A DNA stretch of 64,000 bases from an uncultured Chloroflexia bacterium (GTDB lineage Bacteria; Chloroflexota; Anaerolineae; CG2-30-64-16): assembly GCA_963810095.1 (NCBI GenBank), contig CAWEMM010000007.1, positions 544,001 to 608,000 on the forward strand. The letters are read 5' to 3'. This document shows positions 8,999 through 19,500 of this stretch, in pieces. Position numbers and translations under genes: made by a program. Within the stretch, counting starts at the first letter, position 1, and each line of letters opens with the position of its first letter. The notes beneath the pieces are model-generated. The model searched no databases. It was not told where the DNA came from and saw nothing but the letters and a program-made list of their open reading frames with translations.

Positions 8999-10771
8999 TC
9001 ACCAGCGGCTGACGTCAAACAGGCTCTGGAGCACCTGCTTGCGTTCGGCGGGGGTGGCCCAGCGCAATTGGAAGTTCTTGTCGATGACCGTGACCAGCAG
9101 CTCCGTGTTGATCAGCTTGCCGTCGTAGATCGTGTGCCGGGCCACCAGGCCGGTGCGAGTCGGCCAGCTCCACGTCTGGTCGAAGTAGAGGTTGCCTAAC
9201 CCGTACAGGATGAGCCCGTTGTCGCGCAGCTCCAGGGCCTGCGGCGCGTGCGCCATTACGCCGGTGACCACATCCGCCCCCGCGTCACTCAGGCCGCGGA
9301 AGTCGATCTCGGCCTGGTCGTTCGGCACATTCACGTACTCGCCCTTGTAGTTTGTCTCGAGATGCTGCACCTCGGCAAACACGACGTCGACCTTCGGCTT
9401 AAGTTCGCGGATCTGGGCTTGCATTGTGGCCAGGTCGAACTTGGCCGACCCCGGCTTGTCGGGGCCGGCCCACGCCACCGGCGGCCCATACTGGTTCGCT
9501 GCAACGAAGGCGATACGGTTGCCGTTGTGTTCCAGCACGAGGGGCACCGCGGCTTCCTTCTCGTTCGCGCCGCCGCCGTAGACCGGGACGTTCTTGGCCT
9601 TGTACAGGGCCAGCGTGTCGATGATCGCCTTCCGGCCGAAGTCAAGCAGGTGGTTGCCGCTCAGCCCCACAGCGTCCACGCCTGACAGCGCCAGGTTCTC
9701 CCAGTACTCGGGTTTCGAGCAGAGCACCAGGAGATTCGGGCTGTCGTTCGCCACGCAACCTTCCGCGAACGGAATCTCGTTGCTGATCGTCGTGATGTCG
9801 GCTGCGGCCAGCTCGGGCCCCACTTTGCGTGCGAGAAAGCCGGGGTCGCCCGACTTCTCGATCGCGACGGCCGAGTTGCGGGCCATTGCCGTCACCCCGG
9901 TCATGGCCACGACGGTCAGCTTGGCGGGATCACGATTCGTGGCCGGGAGACTTTGTGTCGCGGCAATCGCTTCGCGGCCGCGGTCCGTGAGCGCGATGAA
10001 GGCGGCGCGTGCCGTGAGCGGCCACTCCTCGGCTTTGAACCGGTTGTCAGTGGGCGACTGACCGTCCAGCGCCAGCGCGGCCAGCCGAACGTCGAGCGCA
10101 TCGAACGCCACAATCCCGATCGACTCTTTGTCGCCCCACACCGCGCCGTCGAGCTCGCCGGCGGGCACGGGCCGGACGTTCGCGCCGGGCTCGCCGAGCA
10201 GCCGCGCCAGCAGGGGGACGGTATCCGCGGCCGCGTAGATCGTTCTGAAGCCGGCCGGCTTGCCCGACCCCTGCCACACCGTCTTCAGCTCGTCCAGGCG
10301 GATTTCGTCCTGCACGCTTGAAAGCCGGGTGACCGGGACGAAGACCCGCTCCCACGCCGGGTGAGCGCCTTCCCCGCCGGGGTTCACAAGCTGCAGGTCG
10401 GGCTGCTCCGTTACCTGCTCGGCAGCGATGCCTGCGCCGGCCAGGGCGGCCAGCACTGCCTCCAGCGCGCCCGCCGGCGCGTCGGGTGCAACGCCGAGGC
10501 GGAGCAACGGCGCCACGGTGGGCGCAGGCGTGTCGGTGGGTGCTGGTGTGCCGGTCGGCGCCCGCGTCTCTGTCGGTGCAGTGGTGGCAGTAGGTGCCAG
10601 GGTGGCTGCCGGTGACGGCGGGGGCGTCAGCGCCGGCTCGGTGGGAGCCGCGGGCTGGCTCGTCGCAAGGGCGAGGGTGGGTTGCGCGGGTGCAGGCATG
10701 CCGGTGCACGCCGCCAACAGGGCGACGACGAGTGCAAGCAGGCCGGCGAAGAGACAAACTCGCGATGCCAT
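8999..10771 (-). CDS. CapA (PGA_cap) family metallophosphoesterase lipoprotein
   Basis: Lipobox LLAAC, PT linker; SNE, SGNHLLDFG, VMAHAPQ, YGLGNLYFDQ. Confidence 0.85.
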   Translation of the reverse strand: MASRVCLFAGLLALVVALLAACTGMPAPAQPTLALATSQPAAPTEPALTPPPSPAATLAPTATTAPTETRAPTGTPAPTDTPAPTVAPLLRLGVAPDAPAGALEAVLAALAGAGIAAEQVTEQPDLQLVNPGGEGAHPAWERVFVPVTRLSSVQDEIRLDELKTVWQGSGKPAGFRTIYAAADTVPLLARLLGEPGANVRPVPAGELDGAVWGDKESIGIVAFDALDVRLAALALDGQSPTDNRFKAEEWPLTARAAFIALTDRGREAIAATQSLPATNRDPAKLTVVAMTGVTAMARNSAVAIEKSGDPGFLARKVGPELAAADITTISNEIPFAEGCVANDSPNLLVLCSKPEYWENLALSGVDAVGLSGNHLLDFGRKAIIDTLALYKAKNVPVYGGGANEKEAAVPLVLEHNGNRIAFVAANQYGPPVAWAGPDKPGSAKFDLATMQAQIRELKPKVDVVFAEVQHLETNYKGEYVNVPNDQAEIDFRGLSDAGADVVTGVMAHAPQALELRDNGLILYGLGNLYFDQTWSWPTRTGLVARHTIYDGKLINTELLVTVIDKNFQLRWATPAERKQVLQSLFDVSRW

Positions 10772-10860
10772 GGCGTGCGATTCCTCAACGGGTTGATGGG
10801 GTGCGAACTCTGAAACGAACGGCCGGGCCGCCGGCTCGCTTGACCGGCGGTCCGGGACGA

Positions 10861-11768
10861 TCAGTCCGGGGTTGGCGCGAGTGCCTCGCAGGTCCGCTCG
10901 AGCAGCCCGCGCAACTCCGTCAGTTCGTCTGCGCTCAGGCAGTCCCACGGCCGGTAGAAGTAGGCGTCGCGCGTCGCCAGTGCCTCCTCGCGCACGCCGC
11001 GGCCCTCATCCGTCACCACGTATCCCGCCGGGCTGCCTGTGACCCAGCCACGGTCGATCAACTCCTGGATGGCGGCTGCGTACGCCTCCCGCGAATAGCC
11101 GCGGAGTTCGCTCAGCCTCTCGCATACCTCGTCCAGCGTCGTCGCCGCGCCCTGCCAGAGCAGCCCCGACGCCTCCCACGCTTGCCCGCTCACGCCGTAC
11201 GCCTCGCGCACGGCCAGCCTCGCGTCGTCCCGGTAAGCAACGAGGTCGCTCAGATACTGGTCCAGGCGCTCCATGACCGGCGCATCGGGCCCGGGGTCGT
11301 AGTGCCGCTCGACGCGCAGGCACCACTTGCCGGGGGGCTCAGGCGCGGCCAGGCAGGCGTCCGACACTCGCTGCAGCAGGTGCGCGAGGCGGAGCAGGTC
11401 GGCGGCGGGCAGCGGCGCCAGGTCGTTCAAGGCAGCCCAAGCGGTCTGGATGAGATGCTCGACGCCCGCGTGCCCTTTCTCGGTCAGGCGGTAATCGCCC
11501 GCCGGGCCCGGCTCGAGCAGGCCAAGCCGCACACCCTTCGCCGAGCGCGGCATCCAGCTTGGCGGGCGCAACTTGCGCGCCGCGCACGTGCAGCAGGCGC
11601 GCCGATACGGGCTCGGGCTCGAAAATGCGGGCGGCCATCAGCCAGCCATACCATTCCCCCAGCGGGATGCCAAGCTCGGCGGCGGCCCGGTCGATCTTCG
11701 GGACCATAATGGGCCGTGAGCGAGTCCAGGGTCTTCCAGACCAGGGGCCACAATTCGAGGTCGTTCAT
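10861..11768 (-). CDS. hypothetical protein with winged-helix (MarR-like) segments; two frameshifts near 11700 and 11560
   Basis: Joins ORFs 11484-11774, 11339-11707 and 10861-11571; GGAGG RBS; wing motifs YRLTEKG and QELIDRGWV...VVTDEG. Confidence 0.6.
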
Positions 11769-11807
11769 GCGCACCCTCCATTGCGATGCGGTAGATCACG
11801 GGTGATA

Positions 11808-11849
11808 CATCACGTATGATGCATCATGCATGATGCATCATACGTGATG
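11808..11849. repeat. perfect 42-bp palindrome made of heptamer units
   Basis: CATCACGTATGATGCATCATGCATGATGCATCATACGTGATG is its own reverse complement. Confidence 0.9.
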
Positions 11850-11938
11850 CGAGCACCTGAGGACAGCATTATAGCGCGCGAGGGCCCCGCGGGGAAGGCG
11901 CCGGCCGGGCGCGCAGACCCGGCCGGCGGCATCGACGC

Positions 11939-12898
11939 TTAGCCTTCCAGCGGGGAGGCGGGCGGCGGCACGAGCGGCGCGGCCGGCGCCGTCATCTCCC
12001 GATAAGCGAGCGTCCAGGTGGCCGAGGTGAACGTGGTGATGATCGCACCCACGATAGCCGCCAGTACGACGCCCACCAGGCCCACGCCGCACAGCGGCAC
12101 GAGCAGCAGCGAGTTAGTGTTGTTTGCCGCGTTGCCGAACATCGCGGCCAGCGGCAGCATAATCGGCACCATAATGGCGAGCGTCACCGCGCCGACGATC
12201 AGACCCAGCACGAGGAATACGATCCAGAGCAGGACCGTCGGCCCCAAGTTGGTGCGCAGCACCCGCCAGCCTCGGCCGAATGCGTCGATCCAGCCCAGGT
12301 TTTCCAGCATCGCGGCCCGTTCAGCGTAAATCCGGATCTGGGCCAGCACGGCCGCCACGACGATCAGCAGGCAGACGGAGGGGCAGATGCAGGCCAACAG
12401 CCCGCCAATTACGGGGCCAACCGCGTTGTCGCCGCGTGCCCCCACCAGTGCGGCCCCCCCGGCCACGAGGAAGATGCCGATGACCATGACGATCGAGATG
12501 ACGATGATCGGCAGGACCGACAGCACCCCGATGCCGAACAGCGTCCAGAAGCGTCGCTGGCCGGCGGTCCAGGCTTCGCCCAGCGTCGTGCGGCCTTCCG
12601 CCTCAACCTGGGCCACGCCCACGATCAACCCGCCGCGCGCCATGACGGAGATCACGAACAGCGCGATGGCGACGATGATGCCCAGGCAGGCCAGCCCGAC
12701 GAGCAGGCCCTCTGCCGCGGGCACGTTGATGTTCGGGAGGTTCATGTTCTGCAAATCGCTGGAGGAGAAGCGGTACGAGCTGTTCGCGCCGCTGGTGCCC
12801 TGGCCCAGCGCTGCCAGGAATCCGAGGATCCAAAGCACCTTCCACCGCCAGGAAATCTGCCACGCCCGGCTGAGCGTCCTGCCAATGTCCATGGTCAT
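11939..12898 (-). CDS. polytopic membrane protein of unknown function
   Basis: AAGGAG RBS; LSRAWQISWRWKVLWILG, multiple TM helices, FTSATWTLAYRE. Confidence 0.75.
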   Translation of the reverse strand: MTMDIGRTLSRAWQISWRWKVLWILGFLAALGQGTSGANSSYRFSSSDLQNMNLPNINVPAAEGLLVGLACLGIIVAIALFVISVMARGGLIVGVAQVEAEGRTTLGEAWTAGQRRFWTLFGIGVLSVLPIIVISIVMVIGIFLVAGGAALVGARGDNAVGPVIGGLLACICPSVCLLIVVAAVLAQIRIYAERAAMLENLGWIDAFGRGWRVLRTNLGPTVLLWIVFLVLGLIVGAVTLAIMVPIMLPLAAMFGNAANNTNSLLLVPLCGVGLVGVVLAAIVGAIITTFTSATWTLAYREMTAPAAPLVPPPASPLEG

Positions 12899-13125
12899 CT
12901 CCTTCCTTTGCTGGCGTCCGTCGACTAGCGAGAACTGGGTTTGCTCGTGGAGTTCTTCACGTATTGTACATCAGGCGGGATGCAACTGGCTAGCCATCAA
13001 GCTGACGCGTGGCCGATAAAATCGGCCGGTTGGCTTCGGGCACCCCGGGGCTGCACGGCCAGGCGCGGCCGCACGCCGGCGCTTTATCTGCACGAAATTC
13101 GCTCGTTTTTGGTCGTCATAGAGGA

Positions 13126-13154
13126 TTGTCAAATACCCTAATTCGTGCTATGAT
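13126..13154 (+). promoter_or_regulatory. sigma70 promoter about 410 nt upstream of the giant gene
   Basis: TTGTCA-N17-TATGAT with extended TG. Confidence 0.5.
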
Positions 13155-13570
13155 GCGCAATCAGGATTCGTCTGTTGGCTCAGCGACAGCAGGTCGCGGC
13201 TTTGCGACCGGTCGATGGTCCCGAACATGTTAAAATCGAGCAGTCTTTCATACCTCACAACTATCCGGCTGGCTGCCTCGCGGCCAGTGTCATGCGGCGC
13301 CCCACAGCTTCAGCCCCGGTCGGGGTTACCCGGTCTCGGCCCCGTTTCTTCTTGCGACCAAACCATCAAATGCTGGCCCCTCTTTACGGGTCCACCAACG
13401 CGTCGTCCACATCCTGAGCCAGCCCGCGCGGCTCGTGTTCTGAGGCGCGGAGGATACAGTCACGGTCGTCCGACAAACCAAGTAGCGCAGTCAGGTAACC
13501 TAAGAGCGGCGCCCCCATCGCGGCATCCATCGCGCACACCGCTCTACTGTAGTTTCCCTGGAGGCTGGCG

Positions 13571-16500
13571 ATGAAGCAGCATGTCCCCCCGCGGCGCCTG
13601 GCAAAGGCCGTCGCGTCTGTCCTGGCTATCGCTCTCTTGTTGGCCGCGCTGCTTGGCGTGGCTCTTTTTTCGTCTGCAAGCGGCGCGCCCTTTGTTGCAG
13701 CCAACACCCGCGCCCCATCCAACCCTCTCGCCGCACAGCCCGCCGCGGCCCTGTCCCGCGTTGCGTCGACGGTGTCCACCGGTCCGGCCCGCAGCGGCGT
13801 CTCTGATCCGGCAGCCGCCGTGCGGGGCGCTTGGGAACTGGCGCGCCAGTTGGGTGCGTATGACTTCGGCACCGACCTGGTCGAGACGGCGTTCCCCGCG
13901 CTGACGCTCTCCAACGCGGGCAACGGGCCGCAGAACACCGAGCTGCATCTTGAAGGCGCGGTCGACCTACCGGCCCGCCGGGTGCAGGTGCGCATGTGGC
14001 AAGGCACGGGCAACCTGCTGGCCGAACGCACGGCCAACGAGGCGCGGTTCGAGGACGGCACCGCGTACGTGCGTTCGCCGGGCGGCAGCTGGCAGGAGAT
14101 CGAAGACTTCTCTTCGACTTTCGCGCCCAACGCCGATCCGCTCGGCTTCCTGGCGGGCATCAAGAACGTGCGTGTGGGTTCGCACAGCGACTCGCCAGGG
14201 GGCAGCCAGGGCCTTCTGCCGGCCGGCATCGCGCACTATGCGTTTGACCTGGATGGGCCTGCCCTGGCAGCTCACATCCGCGACCAGCTCGAGCAGCAGC
14301 TGCGCGACCGGGGCGAGCTGCCGCTGGGCCTCAACCTCGACGTGTCGACCGAGTTTCGCGACGCGACCGGCGGCGGCGAGCTGTGGGTCGACAGCCGGGG
14401 GCTCCCCGTCCGGCTGGCCCTGCACCTGGCCTTCCCCGAGAAGCGCGACGGCTCGCATGCCGAGGCTGACGTGCGGACCGATTTCTCCGGCTTCCCCCAA
14501 GCCATGGCGGCCCGCCCCAGCTTTGCCAACAATCCCTTGGCTTGGGCCCGGGCGGCCCTCGAGGCCGAGGTTTCAGAGGTTACCGTGGCCCGGGCCGTGC
14601 AGACGGCCGGACCCGGCGGCGCGGTTGCTGCGGGGCTCGGTGCGATCGCTCTGCTGGTGCTCTGCCGCCGTTCCCGAAAGCTGTATACGGCGGTCGTGAT
14701 CTCGGTGATCGCCTCGATGATCCTGGTGCCGCTGATGCAGAGCGGGCAGGTGGCCGCGTTCTTCGAGCAGCACGGGGCCAACTCGGCCGCCGGCGGAAGC
14801 ACAGAGCGCGCAGGCCGCTGCCCGGGAAAAGCTGGCCGCATTGACGCCCGAGTGGGATCCACAGCAGGACCCGCTCGCCGTCCCCCGGCCCAGGACGCGC
14901 CGCCCGGCGGCAAGGCCGTGGTCACGCTGCCCGCGGAGGGCGACTCGCTGCTGGCGCCTGCTGAAGAGGTGCCGCCACCGGAATCGGCCTGCGACCAGGC
15001 CGACACCGAGGACCCGGACGCTGACGGCGTCACCAACTTCGACGAGTGCCAGTACCTCACCGACGAGGGTGATCCCGACAGCGACGACGACGGCCTGATG
15101 GATGGCGAGGAATTGAACCGGCTGGGCACCGACCCGAATTGGTGGGACACCGACTCGGACCAGATCACCGACACCCTGGAGGTCAAGGGCTTCTGGTACG
15201 AGGGGCAGCAATGGTATCTCAACCCCAAGAACCCGGACACCAACGACGACGGCCAGCTCGATTCGATGGAGTGCCTGGCCCTCACGGCGGGGCAGACCGT
15301 CGGGACAAACTGCGACACCGACCTGGACAAGATCCCCAACCCGTTTGACGTGGACAACGACAACGACGGCGTGCCCGACCGGGTTGATATCTCCCCCGGC
15401 ACCCGCCTGGACCGGGACGGCCTTGGCACACAGCAGGCGCCCTACGAGTCCGCGTTCAACGGCGACAGTCCCTTCCTGTTCTCGCTCGGCGACCTGCAGC
15501 CTGACTGGCCGGTGCTCGTCGACTTCCAGGTGCGGCCGACCATTGCCGAGCACCTGTCATACGCGATGAATGTGCTCGACTGGCCGTCGGAAGACCGGGA
15601 CGGGCAAATCCAGCACGGCAAGGATACGACGTTCGCCAACAGCGATAACCCCGACATCGCGAACCCCGACGATGCGGCGGGCAGCCACGGCGACCTGCGG
15701 CTGATCCCCCTGCTCGAGCTGACCATCCCGGGCACGCAGGCGCCGCTGAAGCTCGCCGATCAGAAAATGGTCGTCGAGATGCGGGGGGCTTTGTCGGCCA
15801 CCGTCACCCTGACCCCGCAGGCCGCCGACCCCAACAAGAGCGACCTCCTCTTCCACTTTGGGCAGACCGGCAGCCACGACGTCACGGTCTACCAGGGCGA
15901 CTGCCCGGGAAAGAAAGCGAACCCCGCGACCTTCGCGGCCATCGGCGACGGCGCCAAACCAAGCTACGCGAAGAAGCTGAACGACCTGGCGAACGGCGAC
16001 TATGCGCTCATCCTCTCGCAAGGCACGGCCACCGTCTGCGAGCCGATCCCGGATATGGTGACCGGCCCATACGGCTCGAGCGGGAAGATGATCGATAGGT
16101 CCGTGCTCGACCCGTACGGCATCACGCTCCAGGACAAGGATGACGGCTCGCTCCTCGCCTACTTACCGCTGAGCCTCGTGTCTGACGATACGGGCGGCGG
16201 CAAAGCGGCGTTCCAGACCCGCATGCTCTACTGGCCGGGCGCCACCAACGTGTGGCAGGAGGCGCAGCAGGTCAAGGTGGTCTGGATCCTCAACATGCTG
16301 ACCGACGACTGCGACTCGAACGGCTTCCCAACCTGGGAAGACTACCACAAGGCCAACCCGAACAAGTCGCGCGACGATTACGACGAGGCGCAGGCGCTGC
16401 ACTGCCAGACGCACCGGACCATGGACGAGATCAAGCCGGTGCAGACATACGACGAAAGCTGGTTCCTCACCGGCCTGAGCGTGCGCGAGGATCACGGCCT

Positions 16501-19500
16501 GGACGTGGCAGTCGCCTATCCCGACCCCCGCAACGCGACCTACAGCGACGATGCGCTGTGGGGGCTTTCGTGGGGGCTGGGCCAGCAGTTCTTGACGGGT
16601 CGCGACTGCGAGATCAACAACTCGCTGTACGACAATGCGGCCGACGACGAGACGTGCTTCCGCGATTCGCCCCGCGATTTGCCCGATATCTCGATCTTCA
16701 AGGCGGACAAGTTCGGCTACCCCGCGGGCAACTCGACTATTAGCGAACGCTTTGCCTACACCAGCACCGTCACGGGCAACTCCCGGTGGAACGTTCCGGC
16801 GAAGGCGTTGAATGTCGAGGATTATCGCTACGACCATGTGGACTACATGTCCTACCTCGCAGCGAACGTCACGCCGGTCATCGTCGCCAAGTATGACACG
16901 ACGGAGGTCCCCACGCTGTTGTTCGCGCGCGAGGAGCGCTACCGCATGGCGACCCTGGAAGGCGGCGCCCAGGCGAACAATGGGTTCAACATCAAGCTGG
17001 ACGAGAGTAACTACCCCGAGCGGACCGTCCGCGGCCTGAGCTGGGCACCGTACTATTATAAGGACGGCGAGTGGCAGGGGTTCGCCAGCGAAGACTACTG
17101 GGGTCCGCTGTCAGACGAGCTACACGTTCGCTTCTGGGCCGATTACCCAACGGCCACTTCCGACGAGATCGAGGGCCGGGTGGCCGTCGCCCGCTCCTAC
17201 TACATGGGGCTGATCACCGGCGCGGCCCAGTCCATCGACGTGACGCAGCCGCACCATGACGGTGAGTCCGATTCGGAGCTTGCGGGCGTGGCCAGTACCG
17301 CCTTCGCCACCGCCGCCGGCGCAGATGCCGCGCCAGCCGCCGTGGCAGCCGGATGGCCCTGGCTGAGCCGGGTGGCCGACGACATCATCATCCAGATCTG
17401 GAACGCCATTGGCGCGACCAAGACCATGGCCGTGCCCTACGGTCCAGGGATGTTTGTCGACGATCTCGGTAACATCTTCTGGAAGCCTTCGCTGGGCTAC
17501 AAGATCGTGGGTACGGGCCTGAACAAGGGCTACGGCATGGCGCTCGGCGCGTGGCAAGATTTGCTCTCCTCGCCGAAGGCCTACAAGGTGGCCGGCCTGG
17601 TGATCTTCTCGGTGGCGATTGTGACCGCGGCCGTATGCTTGATCGTGGGGCTGAGCCTCGACAAAGACACGCTGACCGTATTGATAGCGACCGTGGAGGT
17701 GGCCGGCCTGGCTCAACTCATCGTCGGGGCCGTTGCGGAGTTTTCCAAAGCGGTCTCGATGGCCGGCGGCTTCGGGAAGCTGGTGGCGAATAACCTCGTC
17801 AACACCGGCCTCACGCAGTTCGTCGGCACAGTCAAGGCCAACGCGTCGGGTGTGGTCACCGCCATCATCTCCGGGGTGATGGCGTGGGCGAGCTGGGGCA
17901 TCTCGTGGGCGATGGGCGGCTTGCAAGCGGGCAGCATGGCCTGGGACGAGACGCTGGCCGCGACGATTGCCTCCACTCTCGTCACCATCATCCTCTTCGT
18001 GATCTTCAACGCGCTCGGTCCGTTAGGGATGCTCATCAAGTCCCTGATCAGCCTGGTCGACGCACTGGTCGGGCTCATCTGCAGCACCTTCCTCACGGAT
18101 GAGCAGGAGCAAAGCGCGGCGGGCGATCTGCTGTGCGGCGGCATTACGGGGCTGATCAAGAAGCTCGTTCAGTGGCTCATCTACAGCGGGGCGGTCATCC
18201 CCGAGATGGACCCGGACGAGGACCAGGGCGAGCCGTGGTATCCCCGGCTAACATTCGGTGGCATGGACATCGACGTCGATCCGCCTGACAAAGGGATCAT
18301 CGTCGGCAGCAAGATGGGCGTCAGCATCGCGCTCACGAACACCATCGACATGGCCGACATCCCGCACAACCTCTGGGCGCAAGCCTACTATGACCAGTGG
18401 AATGACACCAACCTCAAGAAGTCAAACTTCCAGTACAAGTGGCAGGAGGCCGAGACCGATTTCCACAAGGACATGGAGCTGGGCGGGATCTCGCGCAAGT
18501 GGGAGACGAGCGGCGGGCGCCCCTTCCGCTACAAGACCACCCTCGGCACCGGCACCGTGCTCCCGCTGAATCGGGCCGGCATCAACCAGACCCTAAGCCC
18601 GCTCTACCTGTCGGAGGCGTACGCGGTGCCCGAGCAGGAGTGCTGGGGTCTCTTCCCCTTCGGGGGCTGCGGCATATCGACCGAGCGGGCGAGCTACCAC
18701 TACGATTTCGGCGGCAGCCTGATCTTCGACGTGCTGCCCAACAGCATCACCGACTTCTACCAATTGGCTCCCATCGGGGGCAGCTATCACCTGGCGTGGG
18801 GCAACGCGATCTCCTTCCCCGGCCTGTTCGACGCGGACGGCGACACCTTGCCTGCGACGACGGATCCCAACGACAGCCGGTGGGACACGGACTCTGACGG
18901 GCTGGGCGACCAGTTCGAGCGGACGACCGGCAGCGACCCGAACAAGCCAGACACGGATGGCGACGGGCTGACCGACCTGGAAGAGGCCCGGGCCGGCACC
19001 AACCCGCGGCTGAAGGACACCGACGGCGAAGGCTTGCAGGACGGCTACGAGGTCTACCACCAGGACCTGAGCGATCTGGACCAGGACGGCAACACGACCG
19101 AGTGGCTGGGCGGCTGGGAGTTCGTCTACGGCCGCGATGCCGACGGCGCCCCGCTGATCACGCGGGTTTATTCTGATCCCACCTCGGTGGACGCGGACGG
19201 CGACACCCTGACCGACAAGCAGGAGAACACGTTCGGCTACAACCCGGACGCGCCCTCGGTCCTCAATGTGCTGACGCTCCAATCAGAAGTCAGGGAGGCC
19301 GGGGCGAGCACGACCGACGGCTTTGTCAAGCCCGGCGACACGCTCAAGTACACCGCGACGGTGAAGAACGAGCTGGATCTCCGGCAGGCCGAGGGTGTGC
19401 TGGGCACGCTGGCGACGCCGCTGCTCGATGCCGCCAAGATTCCACAGCCCAAGGACTTCGTCCTCGACGCGCTCGAATCGGTGCAGCAGACGGGCGACCT

